From the NCBI GenBank assembly GCA_013239625.1, contig MU057202.1:3423101-3487100 (forward strand): a stretch of DNA of 64,000 bases. The letters run 5' to 3'. Shown here piece after piece: positions 60,930-64,000 of the stretch; the first letter of the stretch is position 1, and each line of letters starts with the position of its first letter. A program made the position numbers and the translations under genes. This DNA comes from Lama guanicoe (lineage: Eukaryota). The notes under the pieces were generated by a model. It searched no databases. It saw nothing but the letters and a program-made list of their open reading frames with translations, and was not told where the DNA came from.

Positions 60930-61720
60930 AGAGAGCGTATCCCAATTCACGGGACTTCAAATTAAAAACACCTGCTCTTAAAAGGACGCCAAAAAGACGG
61001 CCAGGCTCCGTAAGCCACAGGCAGGGAAAGCGCCCACAGGACAAAAGGCTGACAAAGAGGTTCAAAGCCGGCGTCCACAAGGAAGGGGCAACCCGACCTT
61101 CCTGGCTGTGTGAGAGACTCTCAGACACAGACACAGAAGAGACACCCCGGGCGATCAACACCATCCAGCATCAGGGTGACGCAGACTGAAGCCTCAGGAG
61201 ACACCACTTCACACCCACGAACCAGCCAAAGTCAGAGGCACGCCACGTGCGGCCGGCGAGGGTGTGGCGCCTGGAACCTCCCCACGCAGGAGCAGGAATG
61301 ACAGCCAGAAGGACAGACAGCAGTTCCTCGAGGTGAACGCGTGCAACCCCACGCCAGGAAGTGAATGAAATCCCAGTGTGCGCCCGGGGGCAGCAGGCAC
61401 CCAGCCGCCGGGCACGCACTTGCCAGCAAGGACGGGAGAACAGGTCAGCAGATGCGACACCAAAACTGAGGAAGCACTGCCACACACGGTCACATGCGAC
61501 TCACAGGACCTCGGTGCGGAGCGAAGGCAGCCAACACAGATGCACACGGCCTGGCAGTTCCTCAAACAGGGACCCCCAGGTGCTGGCAGAACCGACCTGG
61601 GGACAGAAGTCAGAGCTGTGGGGGTGACCAGCAGGCACAGAAGCATTCTCCATCTCGTTTGGGGAGCTGGTACGTGGCGGTGCTCAACTCTCAACCCACC
61701 AGGCAGGAGACTTAAGGTCT
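60930..61720 (+). mobile_element. Degraded L1M-type fragments in PIEZO1 intron 1
   Basis: ggacttcaaattaaaaacacctgctctt and catcagggtgacgcagactgaagcctcaggagacaccacttcacaccca resemble L1 ORF2 3' consensus. Confidence 0.55.
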
Positions 61721-64000
61721 GGGCCCTTCACTGCTTGCTCCTGACATCTCAGTGTGGACTAAGGACCGTCCTCCTCTGGGGGTCCAGTCGGGACCCCGAA
61801 CCCTAAGGCAGGGCCTGGCTCAGGCAGGTTCTCTGCACATCTGCCAAGCGAGTGACTGACAGAAGGTGGCAGAATGACCGAGTGTGCCGGAGGGAGGAGG
61901 GGGCAGCAACAGCAGGTGGTGGCAGGGGGCGGCCAGCAGGTTCCGGGGCGAGGGCAAGCTCGGGGTGTTGGGAGACCAGAAAGAAGCTGGAGGTGTGGGG
62001 GGCAAGAGGCACAGCCGGAGGAAGAACTGCAGGTCCCCTGAACGCTGATGCGTGGAAGGCATGGGGCCGGTGCTCCCGGGTGGCAGGAGTGTCAAGGGCA
62101 AGAACCCTGGCTCCAGGGGCCAGCAGATCTGCCACCGATGGCCACTGTCCCCGTAACGCCACCCTAAGCCCCTGTGCGCTCATCCACGAAACGGCACCAC
62201 ACCTGCTCACCTCTTAGGACTAAACGTGCAGAAAACAGGAAAGTCAGGGGAGACTAGAAAACCAGGGGCCCCGGGCCAGGCAGAGGCAGCAGACTGTGCG
62301 TGGTGGGAAGTGGGCAGCTCTTGGGTGTCCCTGGAAAGCCACTCAGTCATGGACACACCTAGACCCAGGGCCAGAAGCCTGGGCCAGGAGGGCAAGGCGG
62401 TCCCGAGTCTGCCCGTGGACATGGATGGAGGCTGCAGAGGAGGTGGGGTGACGAGTGGACACTGAGTCGGGAAAGCAACGCAGGTGTGCCCACGTGACCC
62501 ATCCGCTGGAGGAGGCGGTCAGGGCCGCCGCCCACACGGGCACGCGGGGAACGAGGCCTTGTGCTCCAGGGGGCTGGGGAGCTGAGGCCCTGCGACCTCG
62601 TACTCAGAGAGGCAGCTTGTCAACCACACCCAGACACGAGGCGAGCCTGCTGGGAGGCGCTCACCCGGGGGCCTGGGCAGCGTGGGCGGCCTGCTCTCGG
62701 GTGAATCAGCACCCGCCCCCACCCCGGGGGAGGAGGCAGAGACACACAGCACCAAGCCTGCTCGGAGCTCTGGGAGGCCGCGTCCTGTGGTCACTACCAT
62801 CCCGGCCGTCCGCGAGGGGAGAGGAGGGGGAAGCCGCTGCGGCGGCGGCTGCATTTCCTTTTAAAAAGCTCCCTTTAGTGCTGTTAGGACGATGCGTTGT
62901 TTTAAATGGTGTTTTAACCATAAACAAAAATCAAGTAATTGAGGGGGGGAGGGGGGGAGGCTGGAGGTTCTGGGCCCCTCCCTGGGGCCCCTGCCCAGGA
63001 GGCCCCTCTGGCCTGACCACAGTCACCACCTTTGGCTGCTCCCACAGGCCCAAGCCATCTGTACACGTAGCGATTCTGTTCTTCTGTGTTCCCCCAGAGG
63101 GGGACGGCCACTAAGGGGCAGGGGAGGCAAGGATAGCCAGGGAGGGATGGGCCTCCCCCAGCCTCAGCTCTGGGGCTGGGACAGCTCCCCACCACGTGCT
63201 CAGGTCACAGACCCGGACGCACGCAGAGTCCCGAGCCCCCACCTGCTGTCAGGACAGAGGCAGGGCCCCTGGCAGAGCTGGCGGGCGCTTGGGCCCGTTT
63301 CAGCCGCCCGTTCACTGGGAAAGGAAACCACAAGAGGCAGCCGAGGTGGCCACGGTCCCTCTTTGTCCTGGGGCAGAAGCAGAGGCCCGGCTATATTTAC
63401 TTACAGAGAAAAACAGTGCAGGTCGGAGCCTGGTAAACAGCTGGCCCCGTTACAGGGAACCAAAAATACTCCCTATAATTATGGTGTTAAAACACACCAG
63501 AGAAGTCGACCCGCCCGCTCAGCAACAGCCCCGCGATGGCGCAGAGACTGGGGAGGCCAAGCACGCTGGCCCGAGGGTGCCCTGGAGTCACCGGGCGGCT
63601 GCCCGTCACACCCCCTCAGGACCACCGAGGCCTGGTCCCAGACTCACCGCCAGCCCAGGAGGCTCCTGATCCCAGCTCACCCCTGGAAACACGCTCCTCT
63701 GTGAGCAGGCAGGGGGAGCGCTGCTGTGGCCCCCAGGACCTAGAGTCACCTCACCCCACGCGCAGGGACCACAGCAGCGTTGGGCCCCCGGCCACTGACC
63801 AAGGCTTTCTCCTGAGAACGGGGAGAAAGGGGTGAAAAAGGATCTTAATCTTCTCTGGCATTTCACTGCTGCATGACAAGTATTCATACATCACTCGTGT
63901 AATTAAATCTAAATTAAAAACATCAAAGCAGATGGAGGGGATTGAGCCGCAGCCCTCCCCAGCCCTGCTCCTGCCGCGCCCTCCCCACCCCACCCCACCC

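Noticed and set aside
44831-64000. Additional genes or PIEZO1 exon 1 among the many 100-300-aa ORFs
   Set aside because: The ORFs are Pro/Gly/Ala/Arg-rich, overlap in all frames and have no recognisable domains, as expected at this GC content. No exon encoding an MEPHVLGA-like start was seen.

Overview
This is GC-rich mammalian genomic DNA, not prokaryotic. It carries the syntenic block RNF166 (minus strand, 6 coding exons, 237 aa, complete), CTU2 (plus strand, 15 coding exons, 508 aa, complete) and PIEZO1 (minus strand, exons 2-51 traced with GT-AG boundaries and an unbroken frame; exon 1 lies beyond the right edge, so 44831-64000 is intron 1). Three short tRNA-derived SINEs resemble the camelid family, suggesting alpaca, llama or camel (inference). 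There is one 109-N gap. The most unusual structure is a ~870-bp degenerate tandem array with a ~29-30-bp period and 20 TGACG (CRE/ATF half-site) motifs, which fills the RNF166-CTU2 bidirectional promoter. Also notable: back-to-back CTU2/PIEZO1 poly(A) signals around a palindrome, a mirtron-like PIEZO1 intron 48, and an R-to-Q change in the PIEZO1 C-terminal gating region. Comparisons to human are from memory and need alignment. Most ORFs in the supplied track are GC-content artefacts.
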